NCBI GenBank assembly: GCA_007133565.1
Contig: SLMM01000088.1
Coordinates: 4,191 to 68,190 of the forward strand
Direction: 5' to 3'
Source: Bacteroidales bacterium
Lineage (GTDB): Bacteria; Bacteroidota; Bacteroidia; Bacteroidales; PUMT01
DNA length: 64,000 nucleotides
The notes beneath the pieces are model-generated. The model ran no database searches. It was not told the DNA's origin and was given only the letters and a program-made list of their open reading frames with translations. Shown here piece after piece: positions 30,112-40,249 of the stretch. The first letter of the stretch is position 1. The number at the start of each line of letters is the position of its first letter. The translations under genes and the position numbers were made by a program.

Positions 30112-31029
30112 TTAAGAAACAAAGCTATTGCGGATATCGGTAACGGTTAACTTCAACTCTGTGAAAACCTGCCTGTCAATCCTGGCATCGGTAGAAGACC
30201 TGAGAACTGTAACACCATCCTCACCGCTACGGTCGACCTCAACCGGAGACCTTTTTATTTCCATCTTCTCGTATATCGCCACAATCCTGCCCATCTCTTC
30301 AATAAGTCCGGCAACATCCTCATTATGACTGTTCTGCCTAAGCAGCAGCATTACTATCTCGAGAGAAAGTTTCTTGTCTATTATTATGTTGATGAGCTTG
30401 TTGTGCTCAAGGTCATCCTCGTCAACCTGGTTCAGGGCAAGGTACAGCCCTTCAATCCATCCGCCAGCCAGGAGCATTGCTGCAACCGGTTCCCTGTTGT
30501 TTTCCTGAAGAAACGAACTTGAGTTCATAAAGGTTTCGGAAACTATGTCCATTATCACCTCCTGGTTGCTGATATTCTCTTCAAGCCTCTCCAGTGTGAA
30601 GTTGTCCACTGCATCAATTATTCCAAGGTTATCTGCAAGCCTTTTTGAAGCATCAAGATAATCAATGCATATCTGGGCCTGGTCAAAAAGGCTGGCATAA
30701 CTCAGGTTGGTCGTATATATCCCAAGATTGAGCGCCATGCTCCTGTTTGTAATATACCTGCTGACATTCTCCACCGGATTTAACAGATCTTCGTCGAAAA
30801 CGGCACCTGATGATTTAAGGATTAACGCAGTTTCGACCGGGGATGGCAGTGAATAAAAAATCTGCCTGACACGTTCAGCATCTCGGGGTGAATCGCCAGG
30901 CAGTTCAACTGTGAACTCCCTGTCTCTTTCCTGCCTGGAGCAGTTACCTGTACAGCCGGCAAATGCAATGAAAAAGGCAGGCACAAGTATTAATGGAGCA
31001 ATGAGTCGCCTTGCTATTACAGACCTCAT
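30112..31029 (-). CDS. Predicted lipoprotein of unknown function (helical)
   Basis: 305-aa ORF with a lipobox-like AFAGC after a hydrophobic segment. I recognise no family motif. Confidence 0.6.
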   Translation of the reverse strand: MRSVIARRLIAPLILVPAFFIAFAGCTGNCSRQERDREFTVELPGDSPRDAERVRQIFYSLPSPVETALILKSSGAVFDEDLLNPVENVSRYITNRSMALNLGIYTTNLSYASLFDQAQICIDYLDASKRLADNLGIIDAVDNFTLERLEENISNQEVIMDIVSETFMNSSSFLQENNREPVAAMLLAGGWIEGLYLALNQVDEDDLEHNKLINIIIDKKLSLEIVMLLLRQNSHNEDVAGLIEEMGRIVAIYEKMEIKRSPVEVDRSGEDGVTVLRSSTDARIDRQVFTELKLTVTDIRNSFVS

Positions 31030-31252
31030 AAATTAATGAATTATAAGTTATTACATCTTTACTGCCGTAGCATGAAAAGTAAAAGTACTATTTTTTTGCA
31101 ATAAAAAAAAGATTTACAAATGTATCAACTCACCCGGCAGACCGGCATCCTGTATCTTAATCCAAATGATTAGGCTAAATGCCAAATAAGTATTTACTTT
31201 ACATCTGCACTTTTGCATACCAGTCACTTAATTTTTATTAAACTATAACCAT

Positions 31253-32236
31253 ATGAGAAACAACGAACAACAAATGCAATACCTTCTCAACCGGGCCAGG
31301 AAAAATATCAGGAAAATTATCATCCTGGTTGTCCTGTTAATTCTGGCATTTACCTCGGTCAGAACAGTTGGGCCTGAAGAGGAGGGTGTTGTGCTGATGC
31401 TGGGTAAATTCAACAGGACTGTTGAACCCGGACTTAACTTCATCCTTCCGCTGGGCCTGGAAAAAATGTACAAGATCCCGGTGCAACGCCAACTCAAGCA
31501 GGAATTCGGCTTCCGCACAGTAGAGGCGGGCACCCGCACGCAATATGTCAAGAGCGGGTATGAGGACGAATCTATGATGCTCACCGGCGATCTTAATCTT
31601 GCTGATGTCGAATGGGTGGTTCAATACCGTATTGTTAATTCCTACAATTACCTTTTTCGCGTCAGGGATGCCGAGGATGCGCTTCACGACATGTCGGAGG
31701 CAGCAATGAGAAAGATTGTCGGCGACCGGACAGTTAACGAGGTACTAACTGTAGGACGACAGGAAGTAGCTTCGACGGTTGAGGTCCTTCTTCAAAGAAT
31801 GTGTGATGAGTATGAGAACGGTATACGTATTGACCAGATAGTCCTTCAGGACGTTAACCCGCCGGAGCCGGTAAAGGCGTCATTCAATGAGGTAAATGAG
31901 GCGCAGCAGGAGCGCGAGACAATGATCAACCGGGCTGAATCGGAGTACAACAGGGTTATCCCAAGGGCAAGGGGCGAGGCAGAAGAAACCATACAACGTG
32001 CCGAGGCCTATGCCCTTAACAGGGTCAACAGAAGTATGGGAGAAGCGAATCGTTTCAATGCCCTGTATGATGAATATATCAGGGCCCCGGAAGTTACAAA
32101 AAAGCGGCTCTACCTCGAGACCCTTGAAAAAATCATGGGAACAACCGGCACCAAAATATTCATGGACGAAAGTGGAGCAAACGTCCTGCCGCTTTTAAAT
32201 CTTCAACAGCAACAGCAAAAAGAACAATTGCCATGA
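31253..32236 (+). CDS. hflK: FtsH protease modulator HflK (SPFH/band-7)
   Basis: N-terminal TM helix, SPFH domain (VGPEEEGVVLMLGKF...) and a C-terminal coiled region. Its stop overlaps the hflC start in an ATGA. Confidence 0.8.
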   Translation: MRNNEQQMQYLLNRARKNIRKIIILVVLLILAFTSVRTVGPEEEGVVLMLGKFNRTVEPGLNFILPLGLEKMYKIPVQRQLKQEFGFRTVEAGTRTQYVKSGYEDESMMLTGDLNLADVEWVVQYRIVNSYNYLFRVRDAEDALHDMSEAAMRKIVGDRTVNEVLTVGRQEVASTVEVLLQRMCDEYENGIRIDQIVLQDVNPPEPVKASFNEVNEAQQERETMINRAESEYNRVIPRARGEAEETIQRAEAYALNRVNRSMGEANRFNALYDEYIRAPEVTKKRLYLETLEKIMGTTGTKIFMDESGANVLPLLNLQQQQQKEQLP

Positions 32237-33171
32237 GAAAAAAACACATTATACTGGTAATACTGGCAATAGCCATACTTATACTGGGACACCAGAGCAT
32301 ATTCATACTTGACGAAACCCAGCAAGCCATAGTGACCCAGTTCGGGAGGCCTGTAGGCGGACCGCGAACACAGCCCGGCATAAATTTCAAAACGCCCTTT
32401 ATCCACAAGGTACAATTCTTTGACAAGAGGTACCTGAAGTGGGACGGCGATCCCAACCAGGTGCCCACTCTTGACAAAAAATTCATTCATGTCGACACCT
32501 ATGCACGCTGGCAGATCACAGATCCCCTGCAGTTCTTTATAAGACTCAGGGACGAAAGATCGGGACAATCAAGGCTTGACGATATTCTTGACGGCGAGAC
32601 CAGGAACGCAGTTGCAAGTCATGAACTACTTGATCTTGTGCGATCAACCAACCGCGAGCCTGAGGTCTATGAGGATTATCTTGAAGAACTTGAAACCCTT
32701 GAAGATATAACAGTAGGAAGAGAGAAGATTGAAGCTCTCATCCTTGAAAGGGCAAATGCCAGAACAACCGATCTCGGAATCAGGGTACTTGATTTTCGCT
32801 TCAAAAGAATGAATTATGTCGATGAGGTCCGCAGGACCGTATTTGACAGGATGATAAGTGAACGGGAGCGAATAGCACAACAGTTCAGGTCTGAAGGTGA
32901 GGGCGAAGCGAGAAGAATAGAGGGACACAAGGAACGCGACCTTGCAGAGATCCAGTCTGAGGCCTTCAGGGAAGCGGAGGGGATAAGGGGCCGTGCAGAT
33001 GCCGAGGCTACCAGCATCTACGCTGCAGCCTACAACAGGAATAATGCAAGCAGGGATCTATACTCATTCCTTCGTTCAATGGAAGCTTTGGAGAAGTCGT
33101 TCGACGACAAAACCAGTATCATATTGTCGACCGACAGTGAACTGCTGAGGTACCTGAAGGAGATGAACTGA
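32233..33171 (+). CDS. hflC: FtsH protease modulator HflC (SPFH/band-7)
   Basis: N-terminal TM helix, SPFH domain (IFILDETQQAIVTQFGRP) and an RSEGEGEARRI segment typical of HflC. Confidence 0.8.
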   Translation: MRKKHIILVILAIAILILGHQSIFILDETQQAIVTQFGRPVGGPRTQPGINFKTPFIHKVQFFDKRYLKWDGDPNQVPTLDKKFIHVDTYARWQITDPLQFFIRLRDERSGQSRLDDILDGETRNAVASHELLDLVRSTNREPEVYEDYLEELETLEDITVGREKIEALILERANARTTDLGIRVLDFRFKRMNYVDEVRRTVFDRMISERERIAQQFRSEGEGEARRIEGHKERDLAEIQSEAFREAEGIRGRADAEATSIYAAAYNRNNASRDLYSFLRSMEALEKSFDDKTSIILSTDSELLRYLKEMN

Positions 33172-33212
33172 TATTTTTGCCGGCACAGCTTACCCCCGGT
33201 ATAAGTGAAAAA

Positions 33213-33247
33213 GGAGCCCGTTAATCCCCGTAAGGTAAACGGGTTCC
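33213..33247. terminator. Hairpin between convergent hflC and the DHOD-like gene
   Basis: ggagcccgtt / aacgggttcc forms a 10-bp stem (one G-U pair) with a 15-nt loop. It is flanked by an A-run upstream and a T-rich stretch downstream. Confidence 0.45.
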
Positions 33248-33253
33248 TTATTA

Positions 33254-34240
33254 TCAATGAATGTCAGAAAAGTATTTCATGAACTGTGAACGTTCATATA
33301 CCGAGGGGTCGGGTATCCTGCGGTAGCTCATTTTGCCACGAAACTCACCGACCGAGTTGAATCCCTTCTTTTCCATCCAGCCCTCCAGTCCCCGGACCAG
33401 GCCCGTGACCTCCTTAAGGCCGCTTTTATAGAGAAGAGAACAGACCTGAACTGTTTTGGCCCCTGCAAGCAACTGCTTGACCAGCGCCTCCCAGGAATGG
33501 ACCCCTGTTGAGGCTGAGATGTCAACGAGGCTCACCTTGTCGGATACCAGCGCAGTCCAGCGAAGAACATGACGCAAATCGGAAGGATTGCTGAATACGT
33601 CGGCCGTGGAGAGCTTCATGTTTTCAATATCTATATCGGGCTCATAAAAGCGGTTAAACAGAACCACACCCTTTGCCCCGAGCGCATATATCCTGTCGAC
33701 TACCCCCAACAGGTTGGTGAAATTGTTTCCAAGCTTTACCGACACCGGAATTTTAATAATTGCCGTAACACGCGATACCAGGTCATAGTATATCTTTTCA
33801 TATTCGGAAGGCTCCCTGAACTTGTCGGTCGGCAACAGATAGACATTAAGCTCAAGGCCATCGGCCCCGGCCTCTTCTATACGTTTTGAAAATGCAACCC
33901 AGTCACTTGCAGAAACACAGTTTATACTGGCGATAACAGGTATGGAAACAGCTTTTTTTGCCTCCTCTATAAGGCTCAGATAATTCTCAACAGAATTACT
34001 CTTGGTGTAGTTTCTTATGTAATCCTCAGCCTCGGGGTAATCATGATTAATTATCAGACTGCCTGCCTCATAGTTGATCTGCTCTTCAAAGAGTGATTTA
34101 AGAACCACGGCACCGGCTCCCGCTTCTTCGAGCGACCGGATCTTGCCGACGCTGGCAGTAAGTCCCGAACTGCCAGCTATAACAGGATTCTTTAACTTAA
34201 GGCCCATGTAGCTAACTTCCAGATTTGACATGATAATCAA
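33254..34240 (-). CDS. Dihydroorotate dehydrogenase-like flavoprotein paralog (not a canonical PyrD)
   Basis: 328-aa TIM-barrel protein with a DHOD-like N-terminus (GLKLKNPVIAGSSGLT). The position of the catalytic ELN(L/I)SCPN motif reads ELNVYLLP. Confidence 0.7.
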   Translation of the reverse strand: MIIMSNLEVSYMGLKLKNPVIAGSSGLTASVGKIRSLEEAGAGAVVLKSLFEEQINYEAGSLIINHDYPEAEDYIRNYTKSNSVENYLSLIEEAKKAVSIPVIASINCVSASDWVAFSKRIEEAGADGLELNVYLLPTDKFREPSEYEKIYYDLVSRVTAIIKIPVSVKLGNNFTNLLGVVDRIYALGAKGVVLFNRFYEPDIDIENMKLSTADVFSNPSDLRHVLRWTALVSDKVSLVDISASTGVHSWEALVKQLLAGAKTVQVCSLLYKSGLKEVTGLVRGLEGWMEKKGFNSVGEFRGKMSYRRIPDPSVYERSQFMKYFSDIH

Positions 34241-34263
34241 TATTTTGAGTTAATAATAATTGT

Positions 34264-34929
34264 TTACTCCCTTTGTCCGAAGATAAGGCTTCCAATCCTT
34301 ACCAGTGTGCTGCCCTCTTCCACCGCAATGCGGTAATCTCCCGACATGCCCATTGATAGTTCATCAAAGTGATCAAAATCGCTTCCCAGAATTCCGGCAA
34401 CCTCCCTGAAGAGCGATGCCAGGTACCTGAACTCAGCCCTTACCCGGTCACTGTCGTCAGTGAATGTGGCCATTCCCATCAGTCCCCTCAGCCTTACCCC
34501 TGGATACCCGTCCGGGGTAAGTTCCTTTGCCAGGCCGGTGACCTCCTTGTCCGAAAAACCGAACTTGGTCTCCTCCTTTGCTATATGTACCTGTAACAGT
34601 ACATCAATTACGCGGCTGTTTTTCAGGGCCTCCTTGCTGACAGTTTTCAGAAGCTTAACAGAATCGACCGAGTGAATAAGCCTGACAAAAGGGGCAATAT
34701 ACTTCACCTTGTTAGTCTGAAGGTGGCCTACCATGTGCCACTCAATATCATCCGGCAGCTCTTCCTTTTTCGCCAGCAGCTCCTGTACACGGTTCTCGCC
34801 CATTATCCTGTGACCGGCACGGTACAATTTCATAACCTCCTCAGAAGAACGGGTCTTTGTTACAGCGACAATCCGAACGCCTGCCGGCAACTCATCATAC
34901 AGACCCTGTATGTTTGCGGCAACATCCAT
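34264..34929 (-). CDS. yggS: YggS-family pyridoxal-phosphate homeostasis protein
   Basis: 221-aa ORF with the PLP-Lys motif VAVTKTRS, HMVGHLQTNK, and SMGMSGDY near the C-terminus. Confidence 0.85.
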   Translation of the reverse strand: MDVAANIQGLYDELPAGVRIVAVTKTRSSEEVMKLYRAGHRIMGENRVQELLAKKEELPDDIEWHMVGHLQTNKVKYIAPFVRLIHSVDSVKLLKTVSKEALKNSRVIDVLLQVHIAKEETKFGFSDKEVTGLAKELTPDGYPGVRLRGLMGMATFTDDSDRVRAEFRYLASLFREVAGILGSDFDHFDELSMGMSGDYRIAVEEGSTLVRIGSLIFGQRE

Positions 34930-34934
34930 CTTGA

Positions 34935-36182
34935 TCAGTCCAGCAGATGCACTACCAGTCCGCTTCGCAGCTTGGGCTCAAACCAGGTTGTCTTGGGAGG
35001 CATAATATTACCGGTATCGGCTATGTCCATCAGCTGCTTCATGGTAACCGGGTAAAGGGCAAAAGCAACTTTCATCTCACCACTGTCAACACGCCTCTCC
35101 AGTTCTCCGAGCCCCCTTATCCCTCCTACAAAATCGATCCTCTTGTCAGTCCTCAGATCCTTAATGCCCAGTATATCATCAAGTACCAGCCCGGAAAGGA
35201 CAGTCACATCAAGGCAGCCTATAGGGTCGGCATCATTGTAGGTACCTTCCCTTGCAGTGAGCGAATACCATCTGCCCTCAAGATACATTGAGAAATTGTG
35301 GATCCTGCCGGGTTTGTAAATCTGCTCACCTTTATCCTCAACAATAAAAACCTTTTCAAGCTTTTCGATAAAGCTTTCCCTGTCCAGTCCGTTCAGATCC
35401 TTTACAACCCTGTTGTAATCGATAATACTCAGCTGGTTGTCGGGAAAATGGACAGCAAGGAAAAAGTTGTACTCCTCATTTCCTGTATGGTCCGGGTTGG
35501 ACGCTTTTTTCTCGTTTCCTACCAGTGCCGCTGCAGCTGTCCGGTGATGACCGTCCGCCACATAGGTGCAGGGCACCCTGTCAAACAGCCCGAGCAACTG
35601 CCCGATAAGTTCCTTATCCTCTATCACCCAGAAATGGTGGCCCACACCATCATCAGCGGTAAAATCATATACCGGTTTGTTTTCTGAAGTAAAGCCGGCT
35701 ATTATGGTATCAATTTCGGGCACGGCGCGGTAGGTGAAAAATACCGGTTCCATGTTGGCATTGGTAACCCTGACGTGTTTCATCCTGTCAGCCTCCTTGT
35801 CCGGTCTCGTAAGTTCATGTTTCTTTATCCTGTCATTCATATAATCTTCCACACCTGCACAACCGACAAGTCCGTATTGTGTTCTTCCGTCCATGGTCTG
35901 CGCGTAGATATACAGACAATCAGAGCTGTCCTGCACAAGCCATCCTTTTTCACGGAATTTGTCAAAATTGCTCCGTGCAGTATCATACACCACCTGGTCG
36001 TATTCGCCTGTTCCGGGAGGACAGTCGATCTCGGGCTTGATTATATGAAGCAACGAATACTGGTTGTCTTTGGCTTCCTCACGTGCCTCTTCTGAATTAA
36101 GAACATCATAAGGTCTGGAGGCTACCTCCCGTGCGATTCCGTCAGGAGGGCGCAACCCCCTGAAAGGTTTAAGTATGGCCAT
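34935..36182 (-). CDS. DUF1015 family protein
   Basis: 415-aa ORF with a characteristic N-terminus (MAILKPFRGLRP...RPYDV) and a YVADGHHR segment as in DUF1015 proteins. Confidence 0.75.
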   Translation of the reverse strand: MAILKPFRGLRPPDGIAREVASRPYDVLNSEEAREEAKDNQYSLLHIIKPEIDCPPGTGEYDQVVYDTARSNFDKFREKGWLVQDSSDCLYIYAQTMDGRTQYGLVGCAGVEDYMNDRIKKHELTRPDKEADRMKHVRVTNANMEPVFFTYRAVPEIDTIIAGFTSENKPVYDFTADDGVGHHFWVIEDKELIGQLLGLFDRVPCTYVADGHHRTAAAALVGNEKKASNPDHTGNEEYNFFLAVHFPDNQLSIIDYNRVVKDLNGLDRESFIEKLEKVFIVEDKGEQIYKPGRIHNFSMYLEGRWYSLTAREGTYNDADPIGCLDVTVLSGLVLDDILGIKDLRTDKRIDFVGGIRGLGELERRVDSGEMKVAFALYPVTMKQLMDIADTGNIMPPKTTWFEPKLRSGLVVHLLD

Positions 36183-36196
36183 CTTTTAATTTGTTA

Positions 36197-37120
36197 TTAC
36201 TTATTTACCTGGTATTTCGTTTCGCCTTTTTCAAAATAAGCCACTATCTGCCTGGCTGCAGCAATGCCTGCATTGATGTTGGCCTCAGACGTCTGGGCAC
36301 CCATCTTTTTGGGTGTGAAAAAGTACCTGCCGGGATAATTTTCTGCAATTTCACCTGCACAATCAGGAGGAATATCTGCCAGGTACATAAAATCGGGCCT
36401 TTCTGCAAACATCCTGAGCAGCGAGGACTCGTCCACCACCTCTTTCCTTGCTGCATTAACGAGCACTGCCGGAGCCGGCATTCTTGAAAGAAAATCAAAG
36501 TTGACAAGACGTGCAGTTTCTTTATTGGCGGGTATGCTCAATGATATATACTGGCATTTGCTATAAAGATCTTCTAATGTATCGACAAATTTTACACCGG
36601 CAAAGCTGAGCCGGTCCATTCCTACATAACTGCAAAATCCAATAACCTTCATCTGCAGGCCCCGGGCAATCCTGGCGACGTTCATTCCGACGTTACCACA
36701 TCCGTGTATGCCAAGCGTCTTGCTCCTGAGCTCTGTTCCTGAAGTGCCGTTAAACTGGTTCCGGGCCATATATATCATCATCCCTATTGCAAGCTCTGCA
36801 ACGGCATTTGAATTCTGGCCCGGGGTGTTCATAACCACTACACCCCTTTCGGTTGAAGCTGCCAGGTCAATATTGTCATAACCCGCTCCTGCCCTGACCA
36901 CAACGGCAAGTTTCCGGGCAGCCCCGATAACATCTTTGTTGACAAGGTCGCTTCTGACAATCAATGCATCAGCATCTTCGACCGCTTTGAGCAGGTCGGC
37001 CGGGTCTTTGTAATTCTCAAGCAGCGCTATTTCATAACCGGCTTCGTTGAGAACGGCCGAAATGCCTTCTACTGCCGCTTTGGCAAAAGGCTTTTCAGTT
37101 GCTACCAGTACCTTCCTCAT
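36197..37120 (-). CDS. serA: D-3-phosphoglycerate dehydrogenase (short form, 2-hydroxyacid dehydrogenase family)
   Basis: 307-aa ORF with NAD-binding GIHGCGNVG and catalytic-domain motifs. It is positioned between serC and the DUF1015 gene. Confidence 0.8.
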   Translation of the reverse strand: MRKVLVATEKPFAKAAVEGISAVLNEAGYEIALLENYKDPADLLKAVEDADALIVRSDLVNKDVIGAARKLAVVVRAGAGYDNIDLAASTERGVVVMNTPGQNSNAVAELAIGMMIYMARNQFNGTSGTELRSKTLGIHGCGNVGMNVARIARGLQMKVIGFCSYVGMDRLSFAGVKFVDTLEDLYSKCQYISLSIPANKETARLVNFDFLSRMPAPAVLVNAARKEVVDESSLLRMFAERPDFMYLADIPPDCAGEIAENYPGRYFFTPKKMGAQTSEANINAGIAAARQIVAYFEKGETKYQVNK

Positions 37121-37136
37121 AATAAATGTATTTTTT

Positions 37137-38210
37137 TTATTTCACTTTGGTCTCTTCAAACTCTTTCATAACATCAATCAGTGCCTGAACACTCTCAACA
37201 GGCATGGCATTATATATTGAAGCACGGAAACCACCTACTGAACGGTGCCCTTTTACTCCTACCATGCCCCTCTCCTGTGCGAAGGACAGGAAGTCAGCCT
37301 CGAAATCCTTGTATTCTTCCTTCATTACAAAGCAGACATTCATGACCGAGCGGGACTTCTTCTCAGCTGTGCCCATGAAGATACGGCTGTTGTCGATCGC
37401 ATCATACAGGAGTCCTGCCTTGCCGGTGTTTATTTCCTGCATCCTGGAGACACCCCCGATCTTCTTCAGCCATTTAAGGGTTTCCCTGACTGTGAAAATT
37501 GGCAGGCATGGCGGGGTATTGAACATCGAGCCATTCTCAATATGTACACGGTAATCCAGCATCGAAGGAATGTTACGTTCAACCTTCCCCAGTATATCTT
37601 TTCTTATTACAACGAAGGCAACACCTGCAGGCCCCAGGTTTTTCTGTGCACCGCCATAGATAATTCCGTATTTGGAAACATCGAACGGCCGGCTGAATAT
37701 GTCGGATGACATGTCGGCAACCAAAGGTACGGGACTGTCAATATCTTCCAATATCTCCGTCCCGAAAATGGTGTTGTTCGTGGTTACATGAAAGTAATCG
37801 GCATCATCAGGAATTTCATACGAATCAGGTATATAGCTGAAGTTTTTGTCCGCCGAACTGGCAACTATATCTACCGGCCCGAATAATTTGGCCTCCTTGA
37901 TTGCTTTTTTTGCCCAGGATCCGGTTTCAAGGTAGGCAGCCTTCTTTTTAAGCAGATTGTAGGGAACCATGCAGAACTGCATGCTTGCTCCCCCGCCCAG
38001 GAAGAGCACTTCATACCCGTCAGGTACCCCAAGTACCTCTTTGAACAATGCAACAGCCTCGTCCATAACAGCCTGGAAATCCTTACCCCTGTGAGATATC
38101 TCCATGACCGAAAGACCGGTGCCATTCAGGTCAAGCACCGCTTCGGCAGTGCTTGCAATTACCTCATTGGCCAGGATCGAGGGCCCGGCGCTAAAATTAT
38201 GTTTCTTCAT
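37137..38210 (-). CDS. serC: Phosphoserine aminotransferase
   Basis: 357-aa ORF with NFSAGPS at the N-terminus, a class-V aminotransferase layout, [11 protein letters not shown] around the PLP Lys, and [10 protein letters not shown] at the C-terminus. Confidence 0.9.
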   Translation of the reverse strand: MKKHNFSAGPSILANEVIASTAEAVLDLNGTGLSVMEISHRGKDFQAVMDEAVALFKEVLGVPDGYEVLFLGGGASMQFCMVPYNLLKKKAAYLETGSWAKKAIKEAKLFGPVDIVASSADKNFSYIPDSYEIPDDADYFHVTTNNTIFGTEILEDIDSPVPLVADMSSDIFSRPFDVSKYGIIYGGAQKNLGPAGVAFVVIRKDILGKVERNIPSMLDYRVHIENGSMFNTPPCLPIFTVRETLKWLKKIGGVSRMQEINTGKAGLLYDAIDNSRIFMGTAEKKSRSVMNVCFVMKEEYKDFEADFLSFAQERGMVGVKGHRSVGGFRASIYNAMPVESVQALIDVMKEFEETKVK

Positions 38211-38333
38211 CGGCTGATTGTTTTAATTGTTTAATCTGGTTATAATCTTGCAAATTGCAAATTATTTGCCAATATATATAAGTTAAAAGCAAGATTTTAT
38301 CAGCAGTTATCAACAAATTCCGGGTTTTAACAG

Positions 38334-39086
38334 TCAATAATTAAGATGGCTCACCAGCCTGTTACCTTTCAATAGTGGTACCACATCGGTGCTGTCAGGT
38401 GTATGGCAATACTCCAGAACATCATCCAATCCCAGTATTCTTAACCGGTGCCTGTGGGCTGCCTTTTCCATATACCCGACCAGGTCGTATCGTGCAAGAT
38501 GCCATAGTTCACGAGCAGCCACAGTTGCATCGCAATCAGTTGTAAAATTACCTGATTCAATGAGTTTGTCTGCCAGGGCCCCGGCAAAAACGCTGTCCTC
38601 CAGGTTATATCTGTTTTTCCAGCCGGCACATAGAACCAGTACATCACAACCGGCCGAAACAAGCCAGCCAGCCAGTGCAGAGAGGTTCACAAAAGCCCCT
38701 ATTGCAACATGCCTCGCCTGTGAAGCCATCATAATGGCCTGAGTGCCGTTTGTTGTGCTGTATACAATTGTCTGGCCATCTACCCGGTCGGGCCGGAAAT
38801 TAAAAGGGGAGTTGCCGAAATCGGCAAAATCCAGCACAATGCCGTCCCTTTCAGCGGCAACAAGATAGCCCTTTCTTTTCCATTCCCTTGCCTCTTCAAC
38901 TCCGCCAACGGGTATAAGATCCCTGACCCCATTCTCAAATGCCGCACAAATAGCCGTGGTTGCCCTCAGAATATCAGAAACCACTACTATGGCATCATCA
39001 TTACGATGATACTGGTAGAGGGCTGGCGAATAACACACCTCCACTTTTTTATTTACTGGCTCCTGCATCTTCGAATTTCCTTTCAT
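38334..39086 (-). CDS. ComB-like (2-phosphosulfolactate phosphatase family) protein
   Basis: 250-aa [23 protein letters not shown] is typical of the ComB family. Its ATG overlaps the gcvT TGA in an ATGA at 39083-39086. Confidence 0.7.
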   Translation of the reverse strand: MKGNSKMQEPVNKKVEVCYSPALYQYHRNDDAIVVVSDILRATTAICAAFENGVRDLIPVGGVEEAREWKRKGYLVAAERDGIVLDFADFGNSPFNFRPDRVDGQTIVYSTTNGTQAIMMASQARHVAIGAFVNLSALAGWLVSAGCDVLVLCAGWKNRYNLEDSVFAGALADKLIESGNFTTDCDATVAARELWHLARYDLVGYMEKAAHRHRLRILGLDDVLEYCHTPDSTDVVPLLKGNRLVSHLNY

Positions 39087-40204
39087 TGCTGCTTCTGTTC
39101 CCTGTAAATGGGTGGCTGCACAACCTCAGCCTTTACTGGCCGGTTTCGAATCAGAATATTTATGGCAGACCCCTCGCCGGCATATTCCGGTTTGACATAC
39201 CCCATACCTATTCCCTTGCCCATCATGGGCGACATGGTACCCGACGTCACCCTGCCTATAATATTGCCAGTGTCATCAACAATTTCATAATCCTTTCTCG
39301 GAATGCCTCTTTCCTGCATTATAAAGGCAACAAGTTTCCGCTTAACACCCTCCGTTTTCTGATGGAACAGCAATTCCCTGTCAATAAAATCATTACCTTC
39401 TGAAAACCGGGTTATCCAACCTAGTCCTGCCTCAATAGGTGATGTAGTTTCGTCAATATCGTTACCATAGAGGCAGAAGCCCATTTCCAGGCGCAGTGTA
39501 TCCCGGGCACCCAGGCCGGCCGGTTTGATCCCGAATTCTTTGCCGGCATCGAAAACAGCATCCCATAACGCAGGACCATCCTCATTTGCAATATATATTT
39601 CACATCCTCCGGAACCGGTATACCCGGTTACCGAGAAAATGGCATTCTTGATCCCTGCAATCTCCAGCACCCTGAAAGTATAAAACTTCATTTCACTTAA
39701 TGGCTCACCCGTCAGCTTCGCCATTGTTTTCATAGCTGCGGGACCCTGAACAGCCAGCAGGGCGGTTTCATCCGAGGCGTCATACAGGTCGCGCCCAACC
39801 ACCAGTCCACGTCCCCTTGCATGCCCCGCAAGCCAATTCCAATCCTTTTCAATATTGGCAGCATTTACAACAAGCATATATTCCTCATGGCTGAATCTGT
39901 ATACAAGGAGGTCGTCAACAATGCCCCCTTTACCATTTGGGAGACAGGTGTACTGGATCATACCGTCTCTTAGCCTGTTAACGTCATTACTGGTGACGTA
40001 CTGCAGGAAATCCTGTGATCCCGGGCCTGAAACACGAAACTCACCCATGTGCGACACATCAAATACACCTGCTTTTTCGCGTACTGTCCGGTGCTCATCA
40101 TTTATACCGCTGTATTCTACCGGCATGTTGTACCCGGCAAAAGGCTGCATCCTGGCCCCAAGTCTGGAATGAATATCTGAAAATGGAGTTTTCTTCATTA
40201 TCAA
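39083..40204 (-). CDS. gcvT: Glycine cleavage system aminomethyltransferase (T protein)
   Basis: 373-aa ORF with [30 protein letters not shown] and RDTLRLEMG motifs. Confidence 0.9.
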   Translation of the reverse strand: MIMKKTPFSDIHSRLGARMQPFAGYNMPVEYSGINDEHRTVREKAGVFDVSHMGEFRVSGPGSQDFLQYVTSNDVNRLRDGMIQYTCLPNGKGGIVDDLLVYRFSHEEYMLVVNAANIEKDWNWLAGHARGRGLVVGRDLYDASDETALLAVQGPAAMKTMAKLTGEPLSEMKFYTFRVLEIAGIKNAIFSVTGYTGSGGCEIYIANEDGPALWDAVFDAGKEFGIKPAGLGARDTLRLEMGFCLYGNDIDETTSPIEAGLGWITRFSEGNDFIDRELLFHQKTEGVKRKLVAFIMQERGIPRKDYEIVDDTGNIIGRVTSGTMSPMMGKGIGMGYVKPEYAGEGSAINILIRNRPVKAEVVQPPIYREQKQQ

Positions 40205-40241
40205 AGGTTGTTAAAACATTACAGTTAGTTTATCTGATTGG

Positions 40242-40249
40242 CAAATATA
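40242..40249 (-). promoter_or_regulatory. Candidate -7 box (TAtaTTTG) for gcvT
   Basis: Plus-strand caaatata is TATATTTG on the minus strand. It lies about 40 nt upstream of the gcvT ATG. Confidence 0.35.

Noticed and set aside
38244-38296. 8-bp inverted repeat aatcttgc/gcaagatt enclosing a tandem gcaaatt-gcaaatt, between the comB-like gene and serC.
   Set aside because: The 37-nt AT-rich loop makes a stable hairpin unlikely, and no T-tract follows on the coding (minus) strand. It could be a weak terminator or operator, but support is too thin for a feature call.
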